Of a stretch of 64,000 nt of DNA, positions 38,866-51,800 are shown in pieces. Each line of letters begins with the position of its first letter. The stretch's first letter is position 1. The notes beneath the pieces are model-generated. The model was not told the DNA's origin. It saw only the letters and a list, made by a program, of their open reading frames with translations, and searched no databases. This stretch comes from Epiperipatus broadwayi. Lineage: Eukaryota; Animalia; Onychophora. The stretch covers positions 1,612,001 through 1,676,000 of the forward strand of contig JAQFVV010000006.1 in NCBI GenBank assembly GCA_028023455.1, in the 5' to 3' direction. The translations under genes were made by a program, and so were the position numbers.

Positions 38866-39715
38866 TGTTAATAGCTCTAAACAAGATTTTTCGATAAATA
38901 CCACAAGAGAAAGCATTTAAAATCTCTATCTAGAATTATCCTTACTCCCAACCTGGTTTTGAGCTAATGGCTCTCATCAGTGAGGCCTAGGACATTCAGA
39001 CACTAGTTCTAAAATACAAACTCAAGCCCAGCATTTATCGAATACTTAACTATTAAGTACAAAATTTGAAATTTTCAGGTATCTATATGTCTTTAAGTCC
39101 AATTATCTAACTTAAATAGCCACATGGGACTGAACTAAATTAAGATACATCATATATTAAAAGTCTTAGCAATATAACATTGCTTTCTCTTGTGGCATTT
39201 ACCAAAAGAGCTTGTTTAGAGCTATTAGCATGCTCATTATATTATATTTGTAAATATATGCTAATTATGTCATGTGATATATGATTGTTTTCCTTACAAT
39301 CATAGTTTCACTTTTAAGGCTTTGGTAATGTTATATTGCTAAGGCTATTAATATATGGTGCATTTGAAATTTAGTTCATTCTCATATGATTATTTAAGTT
39401 AGATAGCTGGATTTGGAGACATATAGATGTCTGAAAATTTCAGATTTTCTACTTAATAGTTAAGTATTCGATAAACATTGAGCTTAAGATTGTATTTCAG
39501 ATCTAGTGTCTGAATGTGCTAGAACTTCACTGATGAGCGCCATTAGCTTAAAACTGGTTTGGGGGTAGGGATAATTCTAGGTAAAGATTTTAAATGCTTT
39601 CACTTGGGGCATTTATTGAAAAAGCTTCCTTAGACCTATTAGCACGCTCATTTTATTGCATTTATAAATATAAGCTAATTAAGTCATGTGATATATGACT
39701 TTGTGTTTTCCTTAC
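38866..39715. mobile_element. Family E inverted HHR cassette with duplicated tail
   Basis: Minus copy about 38866-39178, extra plus tail about 39180-39300, plus copy about 39325-39715. HHRs at 38947-38985(-) and 39526-39564(+) both have GAAA changed to AAAA. Confidence 0.78.
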
Positions 39716-39859
39716 TAATTATAGTTTATTTATATATATATTGCTTACATTTTTTTGGATAGCATATACTTGAAATAATGTATACTAATACAGCTTACAC
39801 CATGGTTCTACTGTATATATACACATATTATAATTTGTTTGCTCATTATTTAATAAGGA

Positions 39860-39993
39860 TTTTTTTTTCTCATGTGTCATAGCATCAGCCGGGAAGCGAA
39901 GCCGCTAACCCGGGACAACTGCTTGCAAAGCAGCTGTTGCTGATCTCTCGACCACAGCTGTTGCTGATCTCTCGACCACCAATGCTTGACATC
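39860..39993 (-). mobile_element. tRNA-derived SINE (family F) with internal 24-bp duplication
   Basis: TSD taataagga at 39851-39859 and 39994-40002. Duplicated unit at 39931-39954 and 39955-39978. Confidence 0.8.
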
Positions 39994-40699
39994 TAATAAG
40001 GAATTGGTAGTTAAATTTGTACATTTCTAGTTTTAAGTAATAAATGAAAACATATGGAACAATCTTACAATTCTCTGACGACACGGAAGTCAATGCCATA
40101 TTGCAATGCTCCATTCTGTTTAATGGAAAATAGTTGTTTAAACAGTCAATATATTCCACAGGGATTTTTCCTGCATAATCTTTAAATCCGAATTTACTTG
40201 GATTTCATTAGTATATAGCCAAGCATGACTTTACACTTGTTTTCATTATGCATCTTGAACAATTAAAACATTTTAAAAGAAATATAATTTTAAAATTCTC
40301 TTTTTTATTATCAAAGAAAATGCCTCTTTATTTTTAATGAGGTGGAAATTACAGTGTCTTAAACCCACGTACCATAATGTTCTGTTATAATTTCATTGCT
40401 AATAAATTTTTTACAATTTTTTTTTACTCCTAGGACCTTAATAAGTTCACATCCACAGACATAGTTTTTTAAAAACTTTTCAAGCAAACATATTTCATGT
40501 TTTAATTACAATGCATAAATTAACTTCAATAATGTTCATCTGCTTTCATCCCATTAGCGTAGCTATTGTTATTATTTAAATTAATCCTAATACTAATAAG
40601 AGATTAAGTTGTGATTATTTTTGCGAATAGTATTTTACAATATCAGAAAATACTACAACATTTATCAGATGCAAATAAGAAAGTAGATAATACATAATA

Positions 40700-40880
40700 T
40701 TTCTGTAGAGTAATTTTCACTACATCACTTTTACACAAGGTAGGGACTGGTTTCTATCCATGTTTAACATCTTGTGGGAGGTTGAAATCATAAACATATG
40801 ACCAAAGACGTGAAAATGATCTATGATCTCCAAAATGCACATTTTGTGCTGAATAATCACTCATCAGTTGACCCATATCA
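40700..40880 (-). mobile_element. Family C HHR repeat (degenerate HHR 40830-40871)
   Basis: Matches 31300-31462 and 50020-50148. Confidence 0.7.
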
Positions 40881-40999
40881 CAATCTCCTACATTATTCAT
40901 TATTGGGTAATCTTCAGTCTAATGAATGACTAATAAAAATTATTAAGAAAGTAAATAAGTATTAAAAAAGAACTAAAGTAATGTTCAGTGGATTTTTTC

Positions 41000-41550
41000 T
41001 CAGAAGAAAATAAAAGATTATTAATCGTGAATTAGAAATCAACAACTATAAATATCTTGGTCAGAGTATTAATATTTGGAAACAATGTATAAAATTAATT
41101 ATAGTATCAAATTTGGATGGAATGATTTTGATACAAATAGCAATATTAAAAAGAAATATACCTGTCTGTTCGAAAAAGATTTACTAATTATTACTTAAGG
41201 ATTTGAGACTTGGATAGCTAACATAAGAGCAATACAGAAATTTTAGATCATTTAACCAAGTTTGGAGAGATGTATGTTGAGACTAATAGGAACAGATTAA
41301 AGATGAAATTCTTAAATGAGAGGACAAGCAGGTATTATTGACATCATTTAAAGAAATAAATGATTAAAAAGAGATTGTAGCACATGGACAATTGAAGTTT
41401 TAAACTAGATCACAAAAAATGTGAAAAATCTAGAGAGATACCACAAATAAGATGGATGGACAGAATTAGAATGTTTGATAGAATCACGTGGAAAATATTG
41501 GCTAATGATCGGAGATTCTAATTTAAACTTGGGAATACCTTCATCCTGAA
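41000..41550 (+). mobile_element. Degraded RTE LINE 3' fragment
   Basis: YKYLGQ-like motif and terminal WTIEVL...RW...GNTFIL segment similar to the other RTE copies here. Confidence 0.65.
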
Positions 41551-44317
41551 GTATAAAAATAATGATATTTGTAAATATATAAACACTTTGTATCTTATAT
41601 TTACAAAATATAATCATATTTTGTAAATATAAGATACGAAATGTTTCGAATTATAAAATCTGAGTTTGCTTTATATATATAGCATTGTTTTTCATATCTA
41701 ATGGTTATTTTCTTCATTCTGTTGAAAAACTACTGATTGGGAATTTATGTAATCTGTGCCTATCAACCTTACTTTAAATTTCTTCTAATTCTACCAAACT
41801 GATGGTTCAAATTGATCATAGGTTATATGTACTTGAGACAAAAAGTATCATGTTTTTGAAAGATGCTTACTTAGTTTGGGTATCCATATTTTACCTTTTT
41901 ATGTGTACAATTTAATATCTTAGACATATGTTGAGCTTCAGGATAAGTGAGGAATTGATTTTTAATAAAATAAAATTAAAAAAACATCATTTTACTGCTG
42001 GTGACTTGCAAATTTTTTGAAGAGTGATTTTAAAAATAAATAAATTGTAGATTCAGTTTGATAGGAGCGATTAATTTAAATTTTTCATATTCTAGCGGCA
42101 ATGTTTCATGGGAAAAAAAGATCTCTGCTGGGCATCTGTCAATAACTAATGCCATCTGCAGCCTGGAAGAGAGTTGAGATCCACTAAACGTAGCAACAAA
42201 ATTTTTATTTATCGTCAATCACAGTGCTTTGTTTAATATTGGACGAATTTCAACTAGATTCCAGGCTACTAATAATGTAGGTTATTGCTAGAAATACATA
42301 GCCAGCCGACTTCAGTTGTTTTTTCACCAAACGTTATTGCTCAAAAGACAACTAATAATTTCTATTGAGATCATAAGTTAAAATTAATATTAGTTATTTT
42401 AATTAATTATTTAAATAATTAAATGTTTATTTAAAAGTAAGGTTATTTTTGAATAAGTATAATTAACGGCTTTGCTTGGCTGTTAATATTAATTGGATAC
42501 AAAGGAAGCTATGGTTTAATTTGTTACTGTGATTGATGATAATGATAGGGTTGCTACTAGTTTCCAGGCTGCTGCTGACATCAGCTTTTGCCAGAAACAT
42601 GTATCCTGCAGGAATTGGTTGTTTTTCATCAAACATTGTCATTTAAAATTTTATGGGAAATTTTCGTACTGGTTTTAAGTTAAAAACAACATTGGTAATT
42701 ATATATTTGTGTAATGTAATAATTAATGTTAGTACTGTGGAATGACACCCCCCCCCGAGCAATTATAATATATTTCTTATGGCATATAAGTTACTTGCAT
42801 CTCATAAAGGCTTGTAAAATAACCAGACTTCTTACCTTGTGTAAGATTTGTTTAAGCCAAGGCATTTGATTATAAATGGTGTTTTGCTTTAAAACCCAAT
42901 GGTTTGTATTTACAATATATATAAGCATTGAATTATTAGAATAGGTATGGAGATCTCAATGATCTGAGCATACATCTTGCCTGGTATGTAAAGATTATTT
43001 AAGAAATATGGGAATCGTAAAGGAGAATAGTCCGGAACTTTTATATATTGGTAGTGGAAAGTTGTAATGTAATTCTTGCAACTGTGATTCTGGAAGAGTG
43101 GATTGGTGGTAATTTTGATGCGCTGTTCATTTAGGATATATGTAAATTTATTGACTGCATGATTTACATTTTGATAGGGAAGAAATTTATTCATATATAT
43201 ATATCAATGTTGAAAGTGAAGATATTTTGACTGTCATACAAACAATGTTAAAAATCTTACAAAAACTCATGTGTGTCTGTCATTCAAGCACAATGAGTTT
43301 GGCTAGTTAGACATTTCTGCAAGATTGTTTAATGTTGCACAGCAGTTAGAGTAATCTTTAGTTTTTACACATATGCATAATCATTGAAATATTCAATAGC
43401 TTCATGCTCTCAGATCTAACCACTTCAGTTTCACCTAGTTAAGACCTGTAGAGGTCCCTACTATCGCATTTTTTCACGCACATTTTTGAGGTTACAGCCA
43501 TAGTAAATATTACATATGCATAATGTAATGCCATATATTTTCTAATTATATATACAAATATGTAGTAACTAATTTAACTCTCCTATATTGTGACAGGCCT
43601 GTCCTCTCTATTGACACTCATAATCTTTTATTTGTTATTCTATATCAGAATTCAATAAATTGGACTTGATTTGGTTGAAATATGCATTTAAAAATTAAAA
43701 ACGTTAAAAATTGTATTTCAATAATGAACCGAGAATGATGTAAAATGTTATTCTACAGTTTGCAGGAAAACAATCTTCAGAAAATGAACAAAATATTTTT
43801 TATTTCAAATTTATTTTTAAAATACAAACAAATAAATGTTAATCTCTGATAAATCTATCAAATCCTGCTTTAAAATATTAAAATTGATTTATAATTTTTA
43901 GAATATCTCAAAAGATCTGAACACATCATCTCTACTGACATATTGGCGATCAGTTTCACAAGGTGTGTTGATTGGAATGCTGTTATTTTCTTTGTTTTTG
44001 TTACAGTAGAAGTTATTACCTTTTAGTTTTAAAAATAAAACATATACATATAAAATAAAAGTGGAATCATTATATTTTTTATTTTTAATAATTATTGTGT
44101 AAAAATAATCACGAATCTTTAATTAAATCTGCAAAAAGTCAATCTTTTTTCTATTCCAAAAATCTTTTCTAAGTAATCTTGCAAATGCTTTGAGTTCAAC
44201 GAATAAAGAAAAGAAGCCATTAAGCTTGTTGAATTAGGATAAAAATACTTTGATGTTACCAGTTTTCAATTACACAGACTTTTTTATGTTTTTAAATTAA
44301 AAAATCAATTTTGCCTT

Positions 44318-44409
44318 ATTTCTTATGTGTCAAAGGTGTCAGCCGGGAAGTGAACCCCGGGACTTGTTGTAAGGCAGCTATGCTAACCACTTGGCCACCA
44401 ATGCTTGAC
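44318..44409 (-). mobile_element. tRNA-derived SINE (family F-related)
   Basis: Minus strand starts gtcaagcattggtggccaagtggttagc. TSD caattttgcctt at 44306-44317 and 44409-44420. Confidence 0.75.
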
Positions 44410-45032
44410 AATTTTGCCTTTTTTTTTAAATTAAAAAAGTGAAATAGCTCAATAAATGGCTGTACAAGCATGATTTAAAGAGACATTACAATAATGAGTT
44501 TTGCTTGAAGACCCTGATGTCAAAGACCTGAAATGTTAATCAACAAATGCTAAATTTCTTCTTTTCTTTTGGTCAGCATTCTTTTTACAGATAAATACAT
44601 TAATTACTATTATAAATTACATGTTAAGTTAGATTTATTACTATTGTAATAGTTTTAACTCAAATGAAATTTAATTAAACTCTAATATACATTTTCATTG
44701 AGTTTGCTTCTCTCCCCCATTTTCGGGTTTAGCCAGAATTTCATATTGGAATAATCTTTTTTTAATTTTTCTCTGTGTTTATGTGTGTAATCAGTAGTAA
44801 TTTTAAGCCTATCTATATTTTTTTTTATATAAACCTATATTCTAAATACAAGCTTATTTATAAATAATGTTATTTTAAAAGTATATAATTTTGGTATTAT
44901 TTTGCAAAATGAAAAATATTTGAATTATACCATGTTATAAATAAATTATCCTTTTCCTGATGACAATTATACATATATGTACCCGGCCTATAAAGGTCAT
45001 GATTTTTTTAATTGGTTGCTTTAATAAATTTT

Positions 45033-45525
45033 TTGTAAGATTTAATGTAAATCTATTATTATAAAGTGCTGAAAATCTTGTAGTTGTTAGATCGGAAGTC
45101 GATCTCCGATAATGCGCTTTAAATATTACAAATCTCTGCGCACTCGCACATCAATAAGAATTTAAATATTATCAGAGTTCAACTTCTGATCTAATAAGTT
45201 CAAGATTTTCAGCGCTTTATAGTAATAGATTTACATTTATAAGTCATATTTGTTTGATCGAGGGTGGCTAAAAATGAGACCCTGTCTTTTTCCTGCAATA
45301 GGTTAAATAGATAACATCAGGCACACAATAGACTCAAATCCTGATTTAGCATGGTCTGTGTAGGTTGGTGTATTTATAGAAGTGCACTCTAAACTTCAGG
45401 ATTAACTTAAGTTTTTTAAACTCTTACTGACATGTGAGTGTGCGGAGATTTATAATATTTAAAGTAATAGCGCACTATCAGAGTTCAACTTCTGATCTAA
45501 TAAGTGTAAGATTTAATGTAAATTA
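45033..45525. repeat. Complex fold-back repeat (about 70-bp arms plus a third partial copy)
   Basis: About 45043-45112 vs 45168-45237 inverted. About 45420-45520 re-uses the spacer in reverse plus the right arm. Confidence 0.7.
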
Positions 45526-45568
45526 AACAAAACATTTGAGTTGGTTTTTTAGATCTAATGTCCCAACT

Positions 45569-45607
45569 TCTCACTGAAGAGACCCATAGGTCGAAACCGG
45601 TCTGGGG
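45569..45607 (+). ncRNA. Fully canonical minimal hammerhead ribozyme motif
   Basis: UCUCA CUGAAGA GACC caua GGUC GAAA CCGG UC UGGGG. All core bases present, palindromic ACCGGU, GUC triplet with predicted cut after 45602. Followed by a family E-type tail to about 45770. Confidence 0.82.
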
Positions 45608-46668
45608 ATGGGGACAATCCAAGATAAAAATGATTTGAATGCCTTCTCTTGTAGTAGCATTTATCATAAATAAAAAAAAAAAAAAGCTTGTTTAGAGCTA
45701 TTAGCACGCTCTTAATTTTACATATTTGTAATTGCAAGCTACATATAAGTCATGTGACATCTGACTTGTTATTATTACTATTATAAATAAATGTGATAAA
45801 TGTATCTGATCATTTTTGTATTACAACTTATTAACAACTTATGATTTTTCAAAATCTATACAAATATCACTTTATATATAATGTTTAATTTTAGTAATTA
45901 TTTTGTAACCTGATTATTACCTTGTGAATTTGACATATAAATAAATGTAATAAATTCACAATTGAAAAAATTAAAAAAAAAATGTTTGAAGTAACCCGGT
46001 CTTCAGAAATGTAGATGGCAGGATATTAATAAAGCTAAATTAAATTTTTTAATTGTACCTGTTATATTCAATATGTGAATTTGACAACATTACAGATAAC
46101 TTGTTCATAAAAAAATTACGGTTATTAATGGAGAATTATTTCTTTCGCTCAAAATGCTGTCAATATAAATTACAGTATAGTTAGGTATTATTTATTTATA
46201 AAAACAAATTTAATGTTTTTTTTTTTTTTTTGATTTTTCAATTGTGAGTTGGACAGCATTACTTATGGGCAAACATAATAGTCTTTTTAAATTTGTTTGA
46301 CATATGACAGTCTCACAAACAAAACATACATTCACATCACATGACAGCCTTATGAACAAACATACATTCACCAATCAGTCAACAGAAAAAAATAGCAATT
46401 TTATATACAAAATATATTCATTATTTAAATTATGTTCAACTATAGAAAGGAAAATGGTATCTGTTGGAATAAGTTTGGAAAGAATTGGACTATCATTTAA
46501 GAGACATCCACCTATTGCGTGGTAAAAGATTATTAATTAGGTAGTTTTTTTTTTTTTAGTATAAACCATACGTTTTTAAGTCTTTCAACAGTGAGAAAAT
46601 TCCAATATTCTATACTAATGCTTCAGTATTATGATTATTTTATTAAAATTTGTCAATTTTTATTGCAG

Positions 46669-46761
46669 AGGAGTGTTGGTGTGCTCAGATGTAATGGCAA
46701 GAGGTGTTGACATCCCAGAAGTGCATTGGGTATTGCAGTATGATCCTCCAAATTCTTCCAG
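46669..46761 (+). CDS. DDX55: Internal coding exon of a DEAD-box RNA helicase (DDX55/Spb4 type), motif V region
   Basis: Flanked by tttttattgcag and gtgagt. 93 bp, translates (1-nt offset) as [30 protein letters not shown], matching helicase motif V (ARGxD) and the DDX55-like VLQYDPP as I recall it. Ends in AG, which joins the T of the next exon to give Ser. Confidence 0.9.
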
Positions 46762-48289
46762 GTGAGTAAACGGTACATTTTTTTTTAAAAAAGTCATTAA
46801 TCACAAACTTTCCCCTGAAAAATTCAATACTTTCTCAGTTTATAAATAAAACAATAGTTGTTACGATAACATTCATTGTATAACCTTAGTTGTTGAGAGT
46901 TCGTAAGAAGTTTGAGTATTGAAAATGACAGAACTGGACAAGGATCTATGGACTTTGAGCTCCAGAATCTTCCAATTTTGATTTTGCATTAAGTTATGCA
47001 GGATATTTTTTACAATAAACCTCATGGTGTAGCGATAACATTTCTTTTGTACCTAGGACATGGATTTAAATTCAGCTCAGGTAAAACTTTTTATCAGGCT
47101 TGAAATATTTTTTCCTGGTAGCTGGCATATATACTATCTATCCAAACCTTCAATACTAATCTGAGAGTCTCTTTGTATTCTTAAATTGAGAGGGTCGAAC
47201 AAAAATGGAAAACCACTTAAATTCTGAATACCTGGTAATTACCAAACCTGGAATGTGCTACCTTTCCTTTCTCTGTTTCTCTAACGAGTTGCTGCAGAGA
47301 TCTCTTCCCTGCAGTCAGATATTTAAAGATATTTTGTCTTGTTTTTTCAACCATTACAGTTTTCTATATAACTGCATATTTGTTCATTTAACCATTCAAC
47401 TAACTATTGATCTTTTTATCAATTAAGGTTTTTTCACCATTATTTATATATATATTATTTATTTATATATATCTATTTATTTTTGTATCTGTCATACTAA
47501 TTTAAATGAGTTAAGATAAAGGTAAACAGATGGAATTATTATTAATTTGAATTCTACCTTTCTTTTAGATCCATTTCTTACAATTATATTTATTTAATTA
47601 TCAATATTTGCATATATAATTATTTAAGAAAACAATTATTTAAGTAAACAATTGTAATTGACTAAGAGGTTTACTAGCGCAGTTTCAAACTTTAATCTTA
47701 AACAGAAAGTAATCGACTCTTTATTCTGTGCTATTATATTAAATCAACATTGTGTTGTTGAATTTAAGGTCTATAAAATTGAATTTAGGTACAAAAATAA
47801 GACGGCTGCTCTTATCTTTTCAAATTTTTCTATCATGTCATGGATCGAGAGTTTCCTTACATTCAACAATACAACTTTGATTTAACATAACAATACAACA
47901 CCTGCGTAAAGGATTAATTAGCTTCTGTTTAAAATAAATACTTATTATATATTTGTAAATAAAAGTCGAATGTCAATATGTTGAGTAAATTTTCAGTTGA
48001 AATTAGTAGGAGCTCTGAGAAAGATTATTGCGCTGTTGAAAATGTTAGCTGTTTTGAAAGCATGATCTAAGAAAACATTACATTTAGATTGTGTAAAGTG
48101 CATGGAAGTGACATGATTGTTTATGTACATGAGATAGAGTAATGCAGATATAGTCCATTAATTTGAATGTTTATTATTCAATAACTTCCGTTATTCAAAT
48201 TTCATACGTCATTTTAATCTTTTGTAATACATAAGTTAATGTGTTCTTACATTTGTAAAGGAATTAAGTAACTTTCACAATCTATACAT

Positions 48290-48390
48290 TCTTTTGTAAA
48301 CATATGAATAAAGACACAATAAAAGACAAATGACCCCAACAATACATTTCATACAGAGCCAGCGCTCATCAGTTGGCACATCTCTCATAT
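48290..48390 (-). mobile_element. Family C fragment with degenerate HHR (48336-48376)
   Basis: CCAA CUGAUGA GCGCUG gcu CUGUAU GAAA UGUA UU GUUGG. Stem II is broken. Confidence 0.6.
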
Positions 48391-49072
48391 ATACCTTTAT
48401 TAAATGAACAGGATTTTTCAATAGTAAATTGTTAAATTTTGATTTACAGGTGTCAAGTTTAATCCAATCACAACTACTTTAGATATGTACATTTACAAAC
48501 AAAAAAAAGTTGAGAAATAACTGTAAATTAAAACACCTGTCCCCCCCCTGCCCCTTTAAGATAATAACTATTTAATTTATGTTCAATATTGTAATAAATC
48601 TTTTAAAAAGATTACATTTATTTGCTAGTCAGATGATGGAAGAAAGAAATGTCTCAAAAGGAAAGAGTAAGTCTTTCAAAGTCTTTGACAATTAAAAAAA
48701 GATTACATCGAATTGGTCGATGGATAATTGATGCACATTTTTTACAAAAAGAATTAGAAAATAATGAGGATTAGTGAATGAAAGTTTTAATCACTTTCAT
48801 AAATATTTTTTATACTAAAAATATAATATATGTTGCATTTTGCCTATTCTGATTGACCAATAGTTTCCATCAGCACTTTAATATTCAAACATATATGACC
48901 ACAGAATTAATATCTTTTAATATATAACTATATATAATTAAATATATAATACACTATATAGTATTTTACATTAATAGACTATCCAGGATATAAATTACAT
49001 TTTAATAAACCCAAATTCACTATAACCATAGCTTTTGTAAATTAGTTATTGTTGCCGGTTTATTTATACTGT

Positions 49073-49281
49073 AATTATGCAAGCATTTTTATTTAAATTA
49101 GCTTATTGAAATATTCCTTTTGTTACATAATTATGCTGTGCTAATCTGGTTAAGATATTAGCTTTAGATTATCCATAGTATACAACCATGCACCCGGGGC
49201 TGTTGCATGGAATGTCATATACTATCTGCAGTGCGTCCTCCTTTGTAAATTAGGCTAATTTAAATAAAAATATGCATAATT
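49073..49281. mobile_element. MITE-like element with about 28-bp terminal inverted repeats
   Basis: aattatgcaagcatttttatttaaattagc vs gctaatttaaataaaaatatgcataatt. Confidence 0.45.
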
Positions 49282-49889
49282 ATGGTATAAATAAAGCAGC
49301 AACAATAATTCATTTAAGAGAGTTATGATTATGGTGAACTTCACCAAAAGTGCACTTGGTATTAGTTTATAAAGAAGAGAGAAACCACTTCATTATGCAG
49401 ACAAACAAACGTTTGCAAATTTGAATTACCAATACCAGTGAAGGAGAAAATCGATGTTAAGATTAGGTAATGTAATGTTCTAATTATTTATCAAGTGCAC
49501 AGTCAGAATATAATATAAAGAGAAAGGCTTAACTTTTTCCACAGGCACTTTAAATATTTATAATAGCCAAACAATGTAGTTTTTTTGACTATAGAGGGAA
49601 CTCTCAGACCTTGACACAAGATAGGGTCTTTATAAAGATAAGTACAGTCATCTTATCTTCAACCTAAATTCACATTTACATATGCCGATTTGAAGCATCT
49701 TGATTTGAGAGTGTGAAGATGTTATTCTCTTCACATTTAAATCCTCTATTTCCTTTTTGACAAATTAACTTGTGAAATCTTGCGATTTACCATGAGTCAA
49801 TGTTATGATTTTTTTAAATGGAAATATAGAAATTAATTGAATGTTCTAATTATTTATCGAGCATATAGATATCCCATTACTATTGTTTA

Positions 49890-50255
49890 ATTATAAGTGT
49901 CAAACTTACCGTCCTTGCAACTCTGACACAAACCATTTAATAGAAGTATATTGATAATTTTTATTAGTTGTTCATTAGACTAGAGATTATCGACTTAATG
50001 AATAATATTTCTGTAATATAATTTTCACTACTTCACCCTCATACAAGGTAAGGACTGGTTTCTATCTGCTTTTAACACCTTGTGGAGGGGTGTACTCATA
50101 AACATATGACCAAAGACATATGCAAAAGATGTATTGCCCCCAAGATGCGCATCTTTTTCATGTCTTTAGCCATATGATCATTATTACACCCCTCCACAAG
50201 GTTAAAAGTGGACAGAAATCAGTTCCTACCTTGCGTGAGGGTGAAATGATGAAAA
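49890..50255. mobile_element. Family C repeat folded back at the HHR stem III
   Basis: Arms about 50022-50148 and 50149-50255, centred on aagatgcgcatctt (50142-50155). Confidence 0.75.
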
Positions 50256-50349
50256 GTACACTACTGATATAATATTTTATTTTTTCTGACGATATAAATC
50301 ATTTTTATACTCATGTATTTAATATTTTTAATTTTGTTATTTATTATAC

Positions 50350-50438
50350 TTTTTTTAATGTGTCAAAGTATCAGCCGAACCCCAGGACAACTGCTTGAAA
50401 GACAGCTGTGCGAACCACTCGGCCACCAACGTATGACT
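50350..50438 (-). mobile_element. tRNA-derived SINE (family F-related)
   Basis: Minus strand reads gtcatacgttggtggccgagtggttcgcacagctg... with an A-rich tail. Confidence 0.7.
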
Positions 50439-51091
50439 ACAGCTTTAAATTCAATTTTTTAATTTACGAAAGATACATATATGATTCATTTTTAATATAA
50501 ATGAGAAATGAATAGAAAAAATTATAGATAATGTGAATAAAATTGATTAAAAAGTAAAATAAAATTTTTAGTATAAAAAGAAATAGATTATAAAATTAAT
50601 TTTTTGGACATTTTAATTGAAAAAAGAAATTAATATTGGCAAAACGTCAATACAAACATGATCATATAGAAATAAATACAATAACAAAAGCTGTCTTGTA
50701 AATTGATATTCAAATACAGATACGAAATGTAATTTAAAGATAAAAACGTATAAGGCAATTAATTACTGTATAAATAAAAATATTTATAAAGAGAATGCTG
50801 AAAAAATAAATTGTTACATTTTGATTTGGAAATCTCAAACTTACGTTACCCTCAACTTTGACACAAACAAATCCATGTAAACACATTAACGATTATTACT
50901 AATCATTTATTAATCTACAGATTATCACTAACCCAGTATGAACTTTAAACAAGTTAGAGATTAATATACCTGGTTTTAATTATTGATATGTTTATCTGGG
51001 TTGGTTTGTGTCAAAGTTTTGGTTAGAGTAAGCTTTACATTTGCAAATGAAAATTTAACAATTTACTATTGCTAAATTCTGAACATTTGAA

Positions 51092-51800
51092 GGCTCAAAG
51101 TGAGAGATGTCGGCGATATTAGTTAATCATAAATCATGCCATGTTCTGCCTAATTATCTCACACCAGTCTTAGACTCAACAATTGCTTATGTTACATTAT
51201 GTGTTTAACATTTTTTTAAATTTTGATTTTAATATAAATTTTTCTGAATTTAATACTGTGTTGTATTGTTTGAATTGAGTCAGTATTTACTTTTAAATTA
51301 GTATTTTTTTAACATTTTATCGATGTACTTCATAACTTTTACTCATCACACATTTGGATAGCATACAAATAAAGATATGAAAAGATAAATGCCCTTGAGA
51401 TGCATTTTGTACTAATCAGCACTCATCAGATATATATGAGATTGTAACTTGTACCAACTGATGAGTGCCAGTTAGTATGAAGTAGATCTCAGAAGCATTT
51501 GTCATTTCATATCTTTATTTGTGTGTTATTCAGAATGCGTGGTTGAGTAAAGGTTATGAAATATATCTACGAAAAGTTGAAAAAATTATTTAAAATTAAA
51601 TAATTATTCAATTAAAATAATAGACATCAGCATAAAAATTAACAAATCGTAATAAAATCTAAATTAAAAGTAAAAAAAAAAGTTAAATACGTAGTGTAAC
51701 ACACGCAATTATTGAGGCTTAGGCTGGTTTGCGATAATTAGCCAAAACAGAACATGGCTTATGAGTAGTTAATATTGCTGACTTCCCTCACTATGAAGCT
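51092..51800. mobile_element. Old head-to-head cassette (about 340-bp diverged arms) with dead HHRs at the inner ends
   Basis: About 51092-51430 vs 51455-51800. ctcatcag at 51422-51429 and ccaactgatgagtgc from 51454. Confidence 0.72.

Noticed and set aside
44503-44545. HHR-like cttgaaga...ctgatg...gaaatgtt
   Set aside because: No convincing stem I or stem II could be formed.
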